DNA from: Leptogorgia sarmentosa
Lineage: Eukaryota
Assembly: GCA_964658305.1 (NCBI GenBank)
Contig: OZ210885.1
Location: forward strand, 12,524,001-12,588,000
Direction: 5' to 3'
Length of the DNA: 64,000 bases
The position numbers and the translations under genes were made by a program. The notes under the pieces were generated by a model that was not told where the DNA came from, did not search any database, and saw only the letters and a list, made by a program, of their open reading frames with translations. The stretch's first letter is position 1, and each line of letters begins with the position of its first letter. Positions 1-13,960 of this stretch are shown one piece after another.

Positions 1-493
1 AACGGATACACCATAAGTCCCAATTATTAAAAAGTCCCTGTCCCTCCTCTGTGGGAGGAAACCAGATACTAATACGAAATGCGCAATACTTTATTTTATC
101 GGCGTCGGAAGGCATATGGGAACTTAGACTTTTCACTTAGACTTTGCAGGCTGCGTAGTATTTTTGTTTTTTGCATAATGATAACATAATCACATTAATA
201 GGCAACTCCACCGGCACTTGCCTATCTGCCTGTTTTTCGTATTTTAATTCCCCAGAAATGTGCTATCAATTTTTTATGTTCATTTTGTCGGGGGCCCCTA
301 CAGTTCGGGGGCCCCCTGTCACTGGACACCATGACACCCCTCCGTTACGCCACTGGGGGGAATGTTAAAACCAATTGAAGAAGATCTGGTTAAATTCATG
401 TGTGAATATGAGAAAAATGTTTGAAGTAGCTAAAGTCTCATTTTGGCACGGGATTGTAGATATTAGACATATTCCGTCTATTTTGTATTGTAG

Positions 494-831
494 TTGCGTA
501 TGGATTACGCAGTCTACCTCGTGACATGGTGGAAAGACCATCAGAAGTGAACGACATATTGAAACTACTTACGGAAGGAAATAATCGAGTTGGTGTGGTC
601 GGGAATCGTAGCGGCGACGTCGTTGGTATTCGTGGTATGGGGGGTCTGGGTAAGACCATCTTAGCTCTGGCTGTCGCTTGGTCTGCCAAAGAATCTCGTC
701 AAGTAATATGGCTTGATGTTGGAGAAACTCCTGACTGCTTATCACTCATTAACCTGCTCATAAAAGTTCTTGGTGGCGAAGCCTCGTTCACTGACATCCG
801 GGCAGCGCAATCCTGGGTCACAGCAAACACG
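494..831 (+). CDS. Apaf-1-like NB-ARC/WD40 gene, first exon in window (NB-ARC start, Walker A)
   Basis: Acceptor TTGTAG at 488-493 and donor GTATGT at 832. Encodes AYGLRSLPRDMVERPSEV...GIRGMGGLGKTILA (P-loop). It starts in phase 1, so earlier exons lie upstream of the window. Confidence 0.9.
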
Positions 832-1375
832 GTATGTGTGAATTATTTGAACTTTTTGTAATACTCATTGATGCGTTATTACACAAAATCATTGTTACGT
901 TACTGGTGATGCAAATAGCGCGTTATGTAAACTCCCACTGATTCCGCCATAAGAGGAAAACCGAGAAAGTGATTAGCGTGATGAGATGGATATCAGGTTT
1001 TTTCGTTGCAAAGTAACGAACACACATGTAAGCTTTTCACCACTTACAGTATGCCTATGACAAAGACGAGAATACACTAGGTGAGGGTCGCCCTTTTAAT
1101 CAGTACCATACATAGCCCGATAATGCGCGGGGATCATATTCATGTATATTCGTATTCTTAATGACTTTTTCGAAATCTAGTGTCTTTGAACTTTGTAAAC
1201 GCGGATATATGATTGTGCCTTCTCCAATTACCGGTTGGCTACCCATCTATTGATAATTCTGAAGTAGTGGCAACGTTGCTTCAGCTTCGATCCAGTTAAT
1301 CTTACCCATGCGACAAGAAACTCGAAAAGCATCAGCACAGCGACAGTATGTAAAGCAGTTTTGTATGTATTGCAG

Positions 1376-2018
1376 AGTGAAAAAGATTGCTTGGTGATTC
1401 TTGATGATGTTTGGAGTGTAAACCACGCTTCTGTATTTGATCATCTCTCTGGAAAATGCCAATTATTAATAACTACAAGGAATTCTGAAGTTGTTCGCGG
1501 TTTACGAGGTTCTGCTTTGTATAAACTCAATTTTCTAAAACGGACTGGATCTTACAAGCTCTTGTATCAAAGCGCCCAAGTCACCGAGGACGAGCAGTCC
1601 GAGTTTAGCTCAAACATGCGACGAATTATAGAGGAAATGTTAAACCATTGTGGCGATCTACCGCTAGCTCTGTCCCTTGTGGGTTCAAGTTTAGCCGACA
1701 CTCGCGACGAACAAGACTGGGAAGACGTTTTAAATGACCTCAAAAAAGCAGACTTGGTAAAATTACGTTCAATATATCCCGCCGAAGCTTATCCTTACGA
1801 TAACGTCTTAACAGCCATTAACGCCAGCTTTCAACATTTGGACGAAGAAATACGAGAAAAGTTTCTAGATTTCGCTTTATTTCCGGAAGATACGGATGTA
1901 CCATTAGACATTCTTGAGCTGTTTTGGTCTTCCAAAGTAGCCGGAAGAACTTCGTGCAGCCGTCGTGAAGGAAGACGTATACTTGATGAGCTCGAAAAGA
2001 AGTCGATGATTCAACAAG
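1376..2018 (+). CDS. Apaf-1-like exon 2 (Walker B, sensor 1, GxP-like motif, winged helix)
   Basis: TTGCAG acceptor, GTAAAT donor. Motifs CLVILDDVW, LLITTR, CGDLPLAL and FALFPED. Phase 0 in, phase 1 out. Confidence 0.93.
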
Positions 2019-3009
2019 GTAAATGAAGACAGGGTGCATGATAATAGACAAAAATCTATCGCCACAGTTGGAAACAGCGTGCAAAAATTACCATAATTGC
2101 AAAGTTTAAAGAAGAAATGTCATAAAATGGGAATATCATTGCCAGACACATTCATTTTGTGTACTATTTTATCAGCACAAAGTAAATTATATCCATTTCA
2201 GACGATAATGTGTATTAACTTACTTCTGCGTCATAAATAGTATGTAAATTGTGCTAAATTTGCATGGGCACAATTTCCCCATTTTATCATTTCTATTCTT
2301 CAAACTTTGCTTTCATACTAATTTCAGCACGCTGTTTCCAACTATGATGTTAGTTTTGTGCTTGTTGTCTTATTTTTAAACTTTTGCGATCGCTAAATTT
2401 GTCTGTTGCTTCATGCACCATAATGAAATGAAATTCACGCTTACGACGAGAAGTTTCTGAAATATTTTTTTACTACAGCTCCTTTTGCGAAAGCTGTATA
2501 TTAACTGTCAACACGTTGTTAGGCTGAACATTTAATCAAACCAACGTCAATTGCAAACAAGCCTAAGGAAATTAATTTTCAGCTATAATCATATGTTGAC
2601 TCATGTGGGCAAGCCAAATTTGCCCGTTCATTTGCCCAATATTTTCCGTGTTTTCCTCTGGCATTGCTAGATGAGTAACAAATGGAATTGAATGGAAAAT
2701 ACTTCCATCGCCCTGGAGTATACTAAATCTGAAAAATTACTGTACTATAGCCTGACTGCAGTCCCAGACTGCTCTAGTGTCCTGTACAAAAACGTTTCGA
2801 ATCACCATATGTGACTATGTTCTCTAACGGCAGAATTTAATTCAGTGCGAAATGGCGCGCGATCGACTTTTAGCGAACGCTTTATTTTGAAATACAAATA
2901 GTCAACGATTCTCATTAACATTAAATTGCAAGCATTTCAAAAGAAAGCGATCACGAACCAAAATTTTACACTTAATAATTGAAATTCGCCTTATGACGCT
3001 AATTTTCAG

Positions 3010-3420
3010 GATCTGATTTACATGGAAAGAAGACCTACCGTCTCCACGATCTCCTTTTGGGTTTTGCACGTGCAAAACTGGGAGGCAAACTAAGTTCTGT
3101 CCAGTGTTTGTTCGTGGAGGCACTTCGTGGCCATTCCGAGAACGGAGATTGGGGAAAATTTGAAGGCAACAAGGATTATTATTTCAAGTACCTGACCTAT
3201 CACCTCTACTCCTCCGAACAATTTGATGAACTACATAAACTGTTCTTCAATTTTAACTGGCTTTATGAAAAGGTGAATCAATTCGATCTCCCCTCCTTAA
3301 TATCAGATTTTCGTTTTCTGGACCCTCCCTCGAAAGAAATCGAACTGCTCAAGTCGTCGTTGATGAGGTCTTTCGAGGTTATCGAGAAGAATTTGCATTC
3401 TATTGGTCCACAACTGTTAG
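3010..3420 (+). CDS. Apaf-1-like exon 3 (LHD motif, helical domain 2)
   Basis: TTTCAG acceptor, GTAATT donor. Encodes YRLHDLL (MHD-type motif) and YYFKYLTYHL...FNWLYEK...LISDF, resembling the APAF-1 helical domain. Confidence 0.92.
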
Positions 3421-5484
3421 GTAATTACTTTCTTTTTTTGCTAAATTTTGTTTCACTGCCTACACGATACGATAAGATTCCACATTTCTGACGAAGGCTT
3501 TCGAAAACTGGTGTATCAAATCCATCCGATTGGTTTTTACTTGGTTTCCATATATTCACTAATATAAAAACCCTTGTGTTTTCCCCCGACCCAACTACTA
3601 ATTAACGACTAAGGGTCTTTGCTCGATACATCGAAACGGCTACCACCACTGCCCGAGTACGCTTGCATGTAGATGAATGGCAATTGTTTTGGATTGGTAC
3701 CACACTATATAACGCGAAGTATTACTTCATGAATGTTATGCCTATCTTTATAAATACTCCATTAGGCATGCTATCCGAAAACAAAGATTCTCTGTTGTTA
3801 ACCAGCTAGTTCGTATGTATACGCGGTTCTTACATATGATGCGTCTCCATGGGTAATACACGCCCATGATTCACACAAAGTATGCATGCGATCCGTCAAT
3901 TTTCACAGTCACTGTCATCCACACACACCACATATTATTGGAGATTGGAATCAAATTCAGTTAGACATTAAATAATCAATAATATTAAGAATTTACAAAA
4001 CTGTAGGAAGTAACGTTCTGTTGTATTGGAGTAAAGTATTTTTTGGTGTTAAGCATGAGATCGGTGCTTTACGAATTCACAGAACTTTAACAGTCTTTCT
4101 ACTTTTGTTTTGCGAAGCGATGTTTTATGCTTCCTGGCATTGTAAAAAGGGCGTCAATGGACCGTTTACATAATAGACAAAATTTTCAAAAACCTCGAAA
4201 TAATATACAATTCAAAATAACAGCGTTAAAGAGCATTCCAAAGTTAGTAAGATTGCAGAGTTTGGTTGCGAAATGGTATAAAATGCGAGGAATATACCCC
4301 TGTGAAGTTTTCAAAATTTGTATATTTTTGTATTACGCACACAAAATTGATATCCTTTTCACGACAATTGTATCAATTTGCCGCACAGAATGGTTGAAAC
4401 TCTCAATCCCAGGAAAATAGATTTTGTAGCATGTAATAAAATGGATTTGTGCGTTTATTAAGCGCGAGACAAAACAAACGAAATCGTATATAGTTTAAAA
4501 TATTTTGTTTTGAACCTACACACATACCGATCATACACTTCAGCGTCCAGGCAAATGCTGCATGAATGGACAGAACATAGTGTATATAAATATATTATTA
4601 TAATATGGTTTTGAAAAGAGTAAATTTGGTTTTTAGAGAGCCACATTTTTCTCAAACAATCGCAAAGCGCTGTCTCTATTTGAAAGACCCAATGACATGC
4701 GATATCATATGTCGTCAAGTTTCAACTCCTTATGCAATTTGATATGATCGCGCGGATTCCGGAATGCGCCATAGTCATGAAAGCTTATATGAAGTATTGA
4801 GTACGTCTCACGTTTTAACCACGCCCAACCTCACGTCTTAAAAGGTATTAGTATTTGCACCATTACCAATTTCAGAATACTATTAGTAAAATTTCAGAAG
4901 CAGCTCAGTCAATTCTTCGTTCGTACCAGTGAATTATTTAAAAACGAGGGAATACAAGTAATGGACAGTTATGTATCAAATCAAGTGGATAATAATGAAG
5001 AGGAGTGGTCGCAAATTACTTCCATGAATGGAATGAACACTTCAGAAAATGTGAACGCTCACGGTCAAGAAGTAGTTGAGAGAATGACTTGATTGATGAT
5101 GATACAGATGATGAGTGGTGTGCAGCGACTGAACGGTCATCAGGTCTTATGATACATTATTACAAGAAACCGATATTACCCAAGATGGTGACAGAATAAT
5201 AAGTTTTGCACCAGGAGAAGGAATGCTTGTTCATTATAGCACTATATGTAAATGGGATTGCGAAGCAAAGATAGAAAACTCGCGCAGTCTGTCCCAAACA
5301 TTTTTAACGAACTAAAGAAATTACAGATCAGGCAATTTCAAGGAAGTGCAAGTTATCATTGCGTAACTGTAAAACTAAAGTTAAAATTTTAAAATCAGAA
5401 AGTTGTGTCAACAAGTTAATAAATTTGGATGAAGGATTTCGAGTTTTAAGAAACTTACGCGGATCACCTCCATACTTTGAAAGG

Positions 5485-5677
5485 TGTTACGGACAGTCAA
5501 TAATAACATATTTACATGAAGTATATGTTGACATTTTCGCGGGCTCAAAAGGGGATGAGCAATGTTAAAAAACCGTGTTGGAGGTTTATTATTATATTTT
5601 TTGTCTAGAACCGTGTTGGAGGTTTTATTTTTTGTATTTGCCTTGAACCGGCAATAATTCTCCAGTTGGGGAGAACA
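5485..5677 (+). repeat. 5' LTR of BEL/Pao element 1
   Basis: TGTTAC...GAGAACA; differs from the 3' LTR at 2 positions by eye. Contains an internal direct repeat AACCGTGTTGGAGGTTT. Confidence 0.97.
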
Positions 5678-5679
5678 AT

Positions 5680-5697
5680 TGGTCCTTCGAGCCGGAT
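5680..5697 (+). promoter_or_regulatory. Primer binding site complementary to tRNA-Tyr 3' end
   Basis: TGGTCCTTCGAGCCGGAT lies 2 nt after the 5' LTR; its reverse complement is the 3' end of eukaryotic tRNA-Tyr plus CCA. Confidence 0.9.
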
Positions 5698-5751
5698 CCC
5701 TTTATCGAATTTAAGCATAAAAGTTAAGTAAAAGCTTCGAAATTATCCACG

Positions 5752-8700
5752 ATGGCGGAAACGTTACAGAAATTAGAACGACTAAAACGAGAAAAGAAGA
5801 ACGCGAAAGCAAGATTAACAAGACGAAGAAACAAATTACAGGAGATGATATCAGTGAAAACTGCGAGTAAGAACGGAATTAGGCGCTGTATAAATAATAT
5901 AAAATCGGAGTTTAACATTATAGAGAAGTTAATAAACAACTTAAAGGAACTATATATTTTTGACAATGAGGAAGAGAATGAAGTAGAAGTTGGAAAGTTA
6001 GACAAAGAGATTGAAGAAATCGGGGAACAAGTAGATAATATTATTGAAACTGCAGATATACATTTAAGAGACCGGTTAGAGCAAGGAGAAATAGAATCAC
6101 TAGCTCGTTCAGTGGACTGGGACGAGTCAACGAAAAGTCGCGGCTCATTACAATCGGAGTACGAGTATCAACAACAATCAGATATAGATGAAGCCAATCG
6201 AAGGATAATGGAACTCCAAGAAGAAGAAAGAAAAAAAGAAGAAGAACTTCATCAAAAGAGAGCAGAGCTGGAACTGGCAAAACAAAGAACGACCGAAGCA
6301 AGTAAGATTGCATCCATCATTAACACTAGATCGCAGATAAGCAGTCCTTCAAAAAATTTAAATCAGTCTGTAGAAACATTCACCACGAGCATACTACAAC
6401 AAGTCCCAGACGCCACTAACCCACCATACCCAAGTGAATTACTTCAACAAGCCCCAGATCCCACCGACTCTCCTCCTCAGCTTGACAAAAATCTTGGAAG
6501 CCAATCACAGCATCAAGTTTTGGAACCAGGTTTTCCACCCTTTATCACAAATAAGTATTTACGACATCATGAGGGCAAAGATCCAGTTCAGCCCGATTCT
6601 ATGAGAACCCCAACCCAGTTCCCTCAACACCCTGTTCCAGATTCAGAGTTAAGCGACCATAACAATTTATGTAGAGAGGTTACTGAGCAAGCTACAACTG
6701 ATAGCTTACGTGTTATGGCCAACATACCTCAGCATAACCCGGAACCTAACAGAATTATGAAAGCACAACCTACTCACATTCCATCCACATGGCAACCTTC
6801 TCCTACCTGCACTAGCCTTAACATTCAGGCGCCACAATGGGTGGCACCTATTAAATTGAAAGGTGTGGACTTGCCAACATTTGATGGTGAAGACAAAACA
6901 GCATATGAACAATGGAAAGCTGCATTTATGTCTGCCGTTGACCAAACAAATATGCCCGTGAATGAAAAAATGTTACGTTTACAAAGCAGCCTGAGAGGGA
7001 ATGCACTCAAATTGGTTAAAGCTCTAGGATTTACCATCAACGCATATGACAGAGCTAAAGAAAAATTAGAAAAGAAATACGGGGGCCAACGGAGGCTTCA
7101 AATCAAGACTCTAACCGTCTTGAAGAATTGGAAGAAATTGCAGCAGAAAAATCTGAAGGAGTTAGAAGAATTCTCAAATGTGTTGGACAGAACACTAATT
7201 GTACTAAAGGACACCTGTAGTTCACAGGGAGATCTACTGGGGCAGAGTCTAAATATGACAAGTAAGGAAAAATTAACCGAAGAAGACGTACAGCGTTATA
7301 AAGCATGGCTTATGGAGCACTCCAAAGAGGACACATTTGAGACCCTAGTCGAATGGGTTGAGCTTAGGGTTCAAATTATGGACGAGGCCAAGGAAGAAAC
7401 TGGTGGTCTTGGAACAAACAAGTCTGAAAAGGGTGATGACGACAAACAAAGACGAAGACGAGACAGAAGTTTCAGTTCTGGTTTCAAAGAAGTGAGGTGT
7501 GTTGTGCCAATGTGCAAGAGAAACCATCCTCCTTGGAGTTGTGATGAATTCAAATCGTTATCTGTATCGAAGCGTAAAGACTTGATAGACAAGTCAAAAC
7601 GGTGTTTCAAATGTCTAGCTATTGGACATAAAGCAGCTAAATGTAATCGAGCAAGGCGATGTGGAGTTGATGGTTGTGAAAGTCACCAACACAACAGGTT
7701 ACTTCACCTTCCTATTGCCAATCAACAGAGTGATCGAGGGGGGATTCCAGAAGTTCCGGAACGTGGCACTCAAGACAGCGTACGTGGGACACAAGGAAAC
7801 AAGGATAACGGTACCAGATCTTATGTATCTCAACGAACGGACCGTGTAGCTCTGATGGTCCTACCTGCTGTTATCAGAAATGGAGAGAAGAAACTCAAAG
7901 TTAACGTGATGCTAGATCCGTGTTCAACTGGGACATATATAACAGAAGTTTCAGCGGAAGAATTACAGTTAAGAGGGGAAATGCAGGACTTGACGATTTC
8001 GGGTACTGGTGGAATTCAAATCGAAAAACAGTCCAAACAAGTTACCCTGGAAGTCTCAAGTCTGGACGGGAATTTCTCCGACCAGCTGTCAGCCCACGTC
8101 TTGGACAACATAACCGGGGACACACCAGCATTCAATTGGGCGGAAATGAAAGAGAAATGGCCGCATCTTTCACCTATTCCCTTTGATCGTAGCGCCAGAC
8201 GCCGGCAGATCGACGTTCTGATCGGCAGTGATCATCCGCTCTATCATCAAGTCTTTGAAGAAATACCCGGAAGCAAGTCGACAGACCCCATCGCCAGACT
8301 TACCCATTTGGGGTGGGTTTGTTTTGGTCCAGTTATGGTGGAGAAACATCGCTGCAATTCTTCTTCACACTTTACACGCACATACCGTTCTAACCATCCA
8401 GATGATCTCGTATTCCTGTTTCAGCCAATCAGCGCTCAGAAAGGGTTGCCCGAATAGAAATCCATTTTGCTATATTCACACGATTATATCTTTCGTTATT
8501 CTGTACGAAACTACTTGAAATTTTGTAATTATGTTTGTTTATGAGAACTATAGCTCTGACAAAAATATGGAATCGAAATAAAGTATATTATGGGAGATAT
8601 TCAGTTGTTTCGGTCGAAAAATGGATTTCTATTTGACAACTAGTCCCAGTCCTTTTCCGTGTATCGAAATCACCTGGATGTTGAACAATCAAAAGACCGA

Positions 8701-11700
8701 CAACAAGATGACCAGCTGAGACAGTTTTGGGAACTTGAAGCCCTTGGTATTACGGAAAACCAGGATCACAAGACCCCTGCCGAAAAGGAAGCAATGGCCA
8801 AAGTGACGGCAAGTTTAACTCGGAATGAAGGAAGATATTCTGTGGGAATTCCCTGGAAGGAAGGAGAACCAAAGCTGGAGAATAACTACGATGTCGCATT
8901 AGAAAGACTGAAGAGTCAAGAGAAAATCCTTAGGAGAAAAGGATCCGAGGCAATGCAAGCTTACGACAAGATTATCTTGGAGTATGAAAGAAAGGGTTAC
9001 GTAAAGAAAGTTCGAACGAACAATGACAAAAACCAGTGGTTTTTACCACACTTCGCCGTGATAAAAGAAGATAGAACAACTACGAAGACGCGTATGGTTT
9101 TCGATGCTGCCGCAAAGAATCGTGGCAAAAGCTTGAACGATGCAATACATCCTGGGCCTAAACTTCAGAAGGACTTGCTCACTGTTTTGATTCGATTCCG
9201 ACGTGCACCAGTTGCCCTGTCAGGAGATATCTCGGAGATGTTTTTGCAAGTTGGGTTGCGGGAAGAGGATCGCCGGTACCACCGATTTCTGTGGCGAAGC
9301 TTCGACGCTTCCCAAGAGCCAAGCGTGTACGAGTTTCAAAGTCTAGTCTTTGGAAATACAGCTTCACCATTTTGTGCACAATTCGTTATCCAAAACCATG
9401 CAGAGATGAAGGCAGCAGATTATCCCAAAGCAGCCGACACAGTCAATAATTCCATGTATGTTGACGACGTTCTCGACTCGTCCGAGACCCCACAGGAGGC
9501 TATCGAGCTAAGGAGACAGCTTTCAGAGATGCTGAACGCAGCGCATTTCCATTTACGAAAATGGTCGTCAAATGATCGGTCCGTACTAGAGGATGTACCG
9601 ACAGAGGACAGACAACCGGACATAGAGATACGAGAGGATGGACGACCCACAGGCAAGTTAAAAACCCTCGGGGTGACTTGGAGATCAGAGAATGACGTAT
9701 TCACCTTCAACGTCCAACCACCAGTTCATAAAGAGAGCGCCACAAAGAGAGAAGTGCTAAGTTCAATCTCCACGCTGTTTGATCCACTACAGCTTCTATC
9801 GCCATTTACGATCCGGGCGAAAATCCTTATGCAGGACCTCTGGTCAGCTGGTCTCGATTGGGACGACACACTATCAAAGTCGCTGTTTGACCGTTGGCAG
9901 CATTGGGCAGATGAACTGCAACGCCTGTCTACCTTTGAAATTCCTCGGTGTCTGCGAAAACCTTCCCCTGACGAGAACGAACTTCATATGTTCTCTGATG
10001 CATCAAAAGAAGCGTACGCAGCTTGTGGCTATCTCGTGTGCCGTTATGAAGATAGTACAGCAACGTCAGTACTGATTGCATCCAAATGTCGAGTCGCTCC
10101 GATTAAGGTAATATCTATTCCTCGTTTGGAGTTGATGGGGGCAGTCATTTCAACACGGCTTGCAAGCACTATTCTCAGGTCAATTGCGGTGTCCAAAGTG
10201 GTGTTCTGGACAGATTCTACGAATGTATTATATTGGGTCAAGAACCAAAGTCGTAACTTTAAAACTTTCGTAGCTAACAGGATTGGAGAAATTCAAAAGA
10301 CCACAAACCCAGAACAGTGGAGGCATGTGCCCGGCGAGCTTAACCCAGCAGATCTGGCTACTCGTGGAATTAGCGCGTCGGAGTTAGCAAAAAGCAAAGT
10401 GTGGAAAGAAGGACCGGAGTTTCTGTTGGGGAGTGAGACGGTCTGGCCTGCACGTTTAACAAGAGTGGAAACACCTCAGGGTGACGTAGCGGAGGAGAGG
10501 AAGAACGAAAGAACCCATGTTGCTTTAATATCGGATGAGAATGGCCTCAACCCTAGGAACTTTTCGAGTTTTTATCACCTAGTACGCCTCACGGCATGGG
10601 TGAGACGGTTTGCGAGTAACTGCAGACAGAAGGAGGCAAATCTACGACTCCTAACTGCTAACTTTACTGTCGACGAGGTAAAACAAGCGGAAATCTTCTG
10701 GTTCAAACGAGCACAGATTGAAAGCTTCCAAGATGACGTGAGGTAGAAATGTTTGCAGAACCTAAATCCAATGAAAGATGAAGATGGACTCCTTCGTATA
10801 GACGGGCGTTTGCGTCACGCAGAATTACCATACGAAAGCAAACATCCAGTAATATTGCCTAAGGAACATCCTATTACAAAACTGGTGGTACAATCGGTGC
10901 ATGAAAAACTCGGTCACGGTACAGGGGTTGAACATACGCTTTGTGAGTTACGTTCACGATTTGGGGTCATTAAGGGCAGAAGGTTGGTACGTGAAGTTCT
11001 TCACCATTGCCAGGCGTGTAAGAGACGGTTTAACGCGAAACCTGTCGGTCAAATGATGGCACCACTGCCAAGACAAAGAGTAACGTCATCGATGAAAGCC
11101 TTCGACCATGTTGGTGTTGATTACGGAGGACCGTACCTAACAAAACAAGGGCGTGGGAAGACCCGAGCGAAAAGATACCTGTGTTTGTTCACCTGCCTTG
11201 TCACACGTGCCGTACACTTGGAGATGGCCTACTCACTAGACACGAACTCTTTCATCAATGCGTTCGCCCGAATGGTATCACGGAGGGGGACCCCTTCATA
11301 CGTCATATCAGACAACGGTACAAACTTCGTAGCAGGAGAGCGAGAATTACGAGAACTTGTCCAAAAGTTGAATCAAGAAAAGATCATTCGCGAGAGTTCA
11401 CGACTATCACAGATTGAATGGCATTTTAACCCTCCAGCGGGTCCACACTTTGGCGGTGTATACGAAGTGATGATAAAAAGTGCCAAGAAGGCAATAAGGA
11501 GTATACTGGGAGATGCAGAAGTTTCTGATGAAGAATTGCACACCGCTATTTGTGGAGCAGAAAGATTGCTGAACTCAAGGCCCATCACCTACGTTAGCTC
11601 TGATGCTACGGATTTATGTCCTCTCACTCCAGACCACTTCATCCACGGACAACTAGGAGGAAAATTTGCGGCAGAAGCCGGCGATGAAGAAACGTTGGAT

Positions 11701-12000
11701 GTCCGTAAAAGATGGCACCGGGTAAAACAACTGATAAATCAAGTTTGGAAAAGATGGAGAAAGGAGCTACTTCCAACGCTAAATCGCAGAAAAAAGTGGT
11801 TTCATCCTGAACGTAGTATCAAGGAGGGGGATGTGGTTTTGATGATTGAACCCAACGCTAATCGCTGCGACTGGCCTTTAGGACGGATCCTAGAGACCTA
11901 TCCTGGAGACGATGGTTTGGTACGAGTGGTGAGATTGAAAGCGAGAGGAAACGAATATCTAAGACCCGTTCACCGTTTATGCCCGTTGGAATATGTTTGA
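5752..12000 (+). pseudogene. BEL/Pao gag-pol polyprotein, disrupted by a MITE (8398-8677) and one in-frame TAG (10744-10746)
   Basis: Gag (LPTFDG...WKAAF), three Cys/His knuckles, protease (MLDPCSTG), RT (YVDD), Pao RNase H (FSDAS...IPRLEL) and integrase HHCC plus DDE core (GVDYGGP, SDNGTNF, GGVYE). Confidence 0.95.
8398..8677. mobile_element. 280-bp MITE, copy A
   Basis: Imperfect 13-bp TIR CCAGATGATCTCG / CGAAATCACCTGG with a 2-bp TSD AT. Removing it restores the gag-pol frame (SNH|VEQSKD). Confidence 0.95.
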
Positions 12001-12120
12001 AAAAATATAATGAACAACAGAAGATCGAATTGAAACTAAAATTAATTGACATTAGACTAGTTAATATTTATCGTTGCGTTGAACATTTAGCTTTAGGTTG
12101 AGTGCGAATGCTTTGACATT

Positions 12121-12130
12121 CGGAGGGGGA
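12121..12130 (+). promoter_or_regulatory. Polypurine tract of BEL/Pao element 1
   Basis: CGGAGGGGGA directly before the 3' LTR. Confidence 0.85.
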
Positions 12131-12323
12131 TGTTACGGACAGTCAATAATAACATATTTACATGAAGTATACGTTGACATTTTCGCGGGCTCAAAAGGGG
12201 ATGAGCAATGTTAAAAAACCGTGTTGGAGGTTTATTATTATATTTTTTGTCTAGAACCGTGTTGGAGGTTTTATTTTTTGTATTTGTCTTGAACCGGCAA
12301 TAATTCTCCAGTTGGGGAGAACA
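12131..12323 (+). repeat. 3' LTR of BEL/Pao element 1
   Basis: 193-bp near-identical copy of 5485-5677, followed by the TSD. Confidence 0.97.
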
Positions 12324-13714
12324 AAAGGTGTAAAAAAGATGTATTTGCCATGATTCGTCAGCTTGGTAATGCTATACGTGGTTCTGTTCATTTTCAGCAG
12401 CTGAAACACAGTGGATTCATTTGACCAAAATTCTTGATCGTCTTATGGACAGTAAAGATTCTACTAACGACGAAATTAAACAAATGACATGGCAGAAGAA
12501 ATCTGAACTGATGCAGAAAGATCCAGTCACATATGCAAGAAATTTTTGACATATGGTACAATTATTCATTCACAACTTCATTAAAAGCCCAAGTCATCCA
12601 GTTGGAGAAGTTGTTGACTTCTTCTATTGCGTTGAATTTCCGCTAAGAGGTTCTCCACATATCCACGGCTTATTCGGGATAAAAAATGCTTCTGAGTATG
12701 GTAAAGATATATAGTGATGAAGATATTGCTGAGTTTGTCGATAGTTATGTTTCATGTAGAGCTGACTCAGATTATTTAACTGATCTCGTAAATTTACAAA
12801 GGCAGATGAAACCATGACATTAATTTTGTTGAATTTTCTCAGAAGCTAAGTCTATCAGAACAGCAGTATATAAAAGCTATAAGGCTACCTGTTATGCAGT
12901 ATTTCATCTGTACTTCAACTATCAACTGTCAGCCACCAATGATCAGATAAGAGAACTATAGCACGATCGTAAATATGTCTGTGATCTCAACTTCCCGAAA
13001 ATGACTATATACAATGAAAACTTCCAAGATTTTTTGAAGACACGACCAAAGAAGGATTATTCTTCCCAGAGCTGAATTCGATATTTATTACTATGCATAA
13101 CCGCACATAATGCATATCCTTCCCGTCGTAAAGAACATTGCTAACTCAATGAAGAACAAATGCATACTATACTCTGTTAATCGTTGGTTGTTATGTCAAT
13201 AATTGTAACTAGCAACTAAGCATGACAACTGCTGGTATATAGCAGAATTAACCCTTGTCAGTGTAACATATGCGGAAATAAATCATTTCATAAATACTCG
13301 TTCCGTTATCATAAAATAAATTACTCATCTTTTTACTGTCACAATATGAAACAGAATAAAACATCATTTCAACAGTTGCAAAGCTTTCAAAAACGTTTTT
13401 TCAGTGTCTCATTTTCAAACTTTGATATTACTTTATGTCTCCTTTATATGAAAGTCACTGAAGGGGAACGAAAATTTTGTTAAAACAATGAAAAACTTCC
13501 TTTACAAATTAGAAAGGGACTCATATGATTAATTTTAAGAACCTATTGCTTTAATAATCAAGAAACAGATATATATAGTATAATCAGATAGGCCCGTTAG
13601 TTGTTCAATTTTAATTTTTTCCGGTCAAAAAATTGTCTTAATCTTTATATAGCTATTTTAAATGTTATGATTTTGTTACGTACGTTAATAATGTTGTGTA
13701 TTTTTGTTTTCCAG

Positions 13715-13960
13715 GCAGACTGCTATCTTATGAAGAGTTTCCGGGGATAAAGACGCTATTAGAACAACTCCGTGCAACATGCAGAGAGACTTGCCGTCTT
13801 ATCCCGGAATTCTCATGTTTAGATCTTGGAGGCCCTGAGATCTTTCGAAAAACGTTTGATTCCAGCGTATGGTCATTAGCGACGTCCAATATTTCATCCG
13901 CTACTCTTGTCCTTTGTGGTTTAGTTAATGGTTTAATCACAATCGTTGATCTTGACACAG
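13715..13960 (+). CDS. Apaf-1-like exon 4 (end of helical domain, first WD40)
   Basis: TTCCAG acceptor, GTAGGT donor. Joins exon 3 as QLLG|RLL; phase 1/1. Confidence 0.88.

Larger units (their letters stand above)
5485..12323 (+). mobile_element. Full-length BEL/Pao LTR retrotransposon
   Basis: Two 193-bp TG...CA LTRs, a 5-bp TSD AAAGG (5480-5484 and 12324-12328), PBS, PPT, and gag-PR-RT-RNaseH-IN domain order. Confidence 0.97.
4900..12900 (+). mobile_element. Decayed Helitron Rep (HUH endonuclease) remnant, split by the BEL element; boundaries approximate
   Basis: Frameshifted translations include IISFAPGEG (about 5195-5222) and LDEGFRVLRNLRGSPPYFER|CKKDVFAMIRQLG..TWFCSFSAAETQW across the LTR element. 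QKDPVTYAR and FYCVEFPLRGSPHIHGL (about 12620-12672) match the Helitron Rep motif VEFQxRGxPHxHxL. Confidence 0.88.

Noticed and set aside
6041..12052. Antisense and alternate-frame ORFs within BEL element 1
   Set aside because: Shadows of the gag-pol frame without recognisable motifs.
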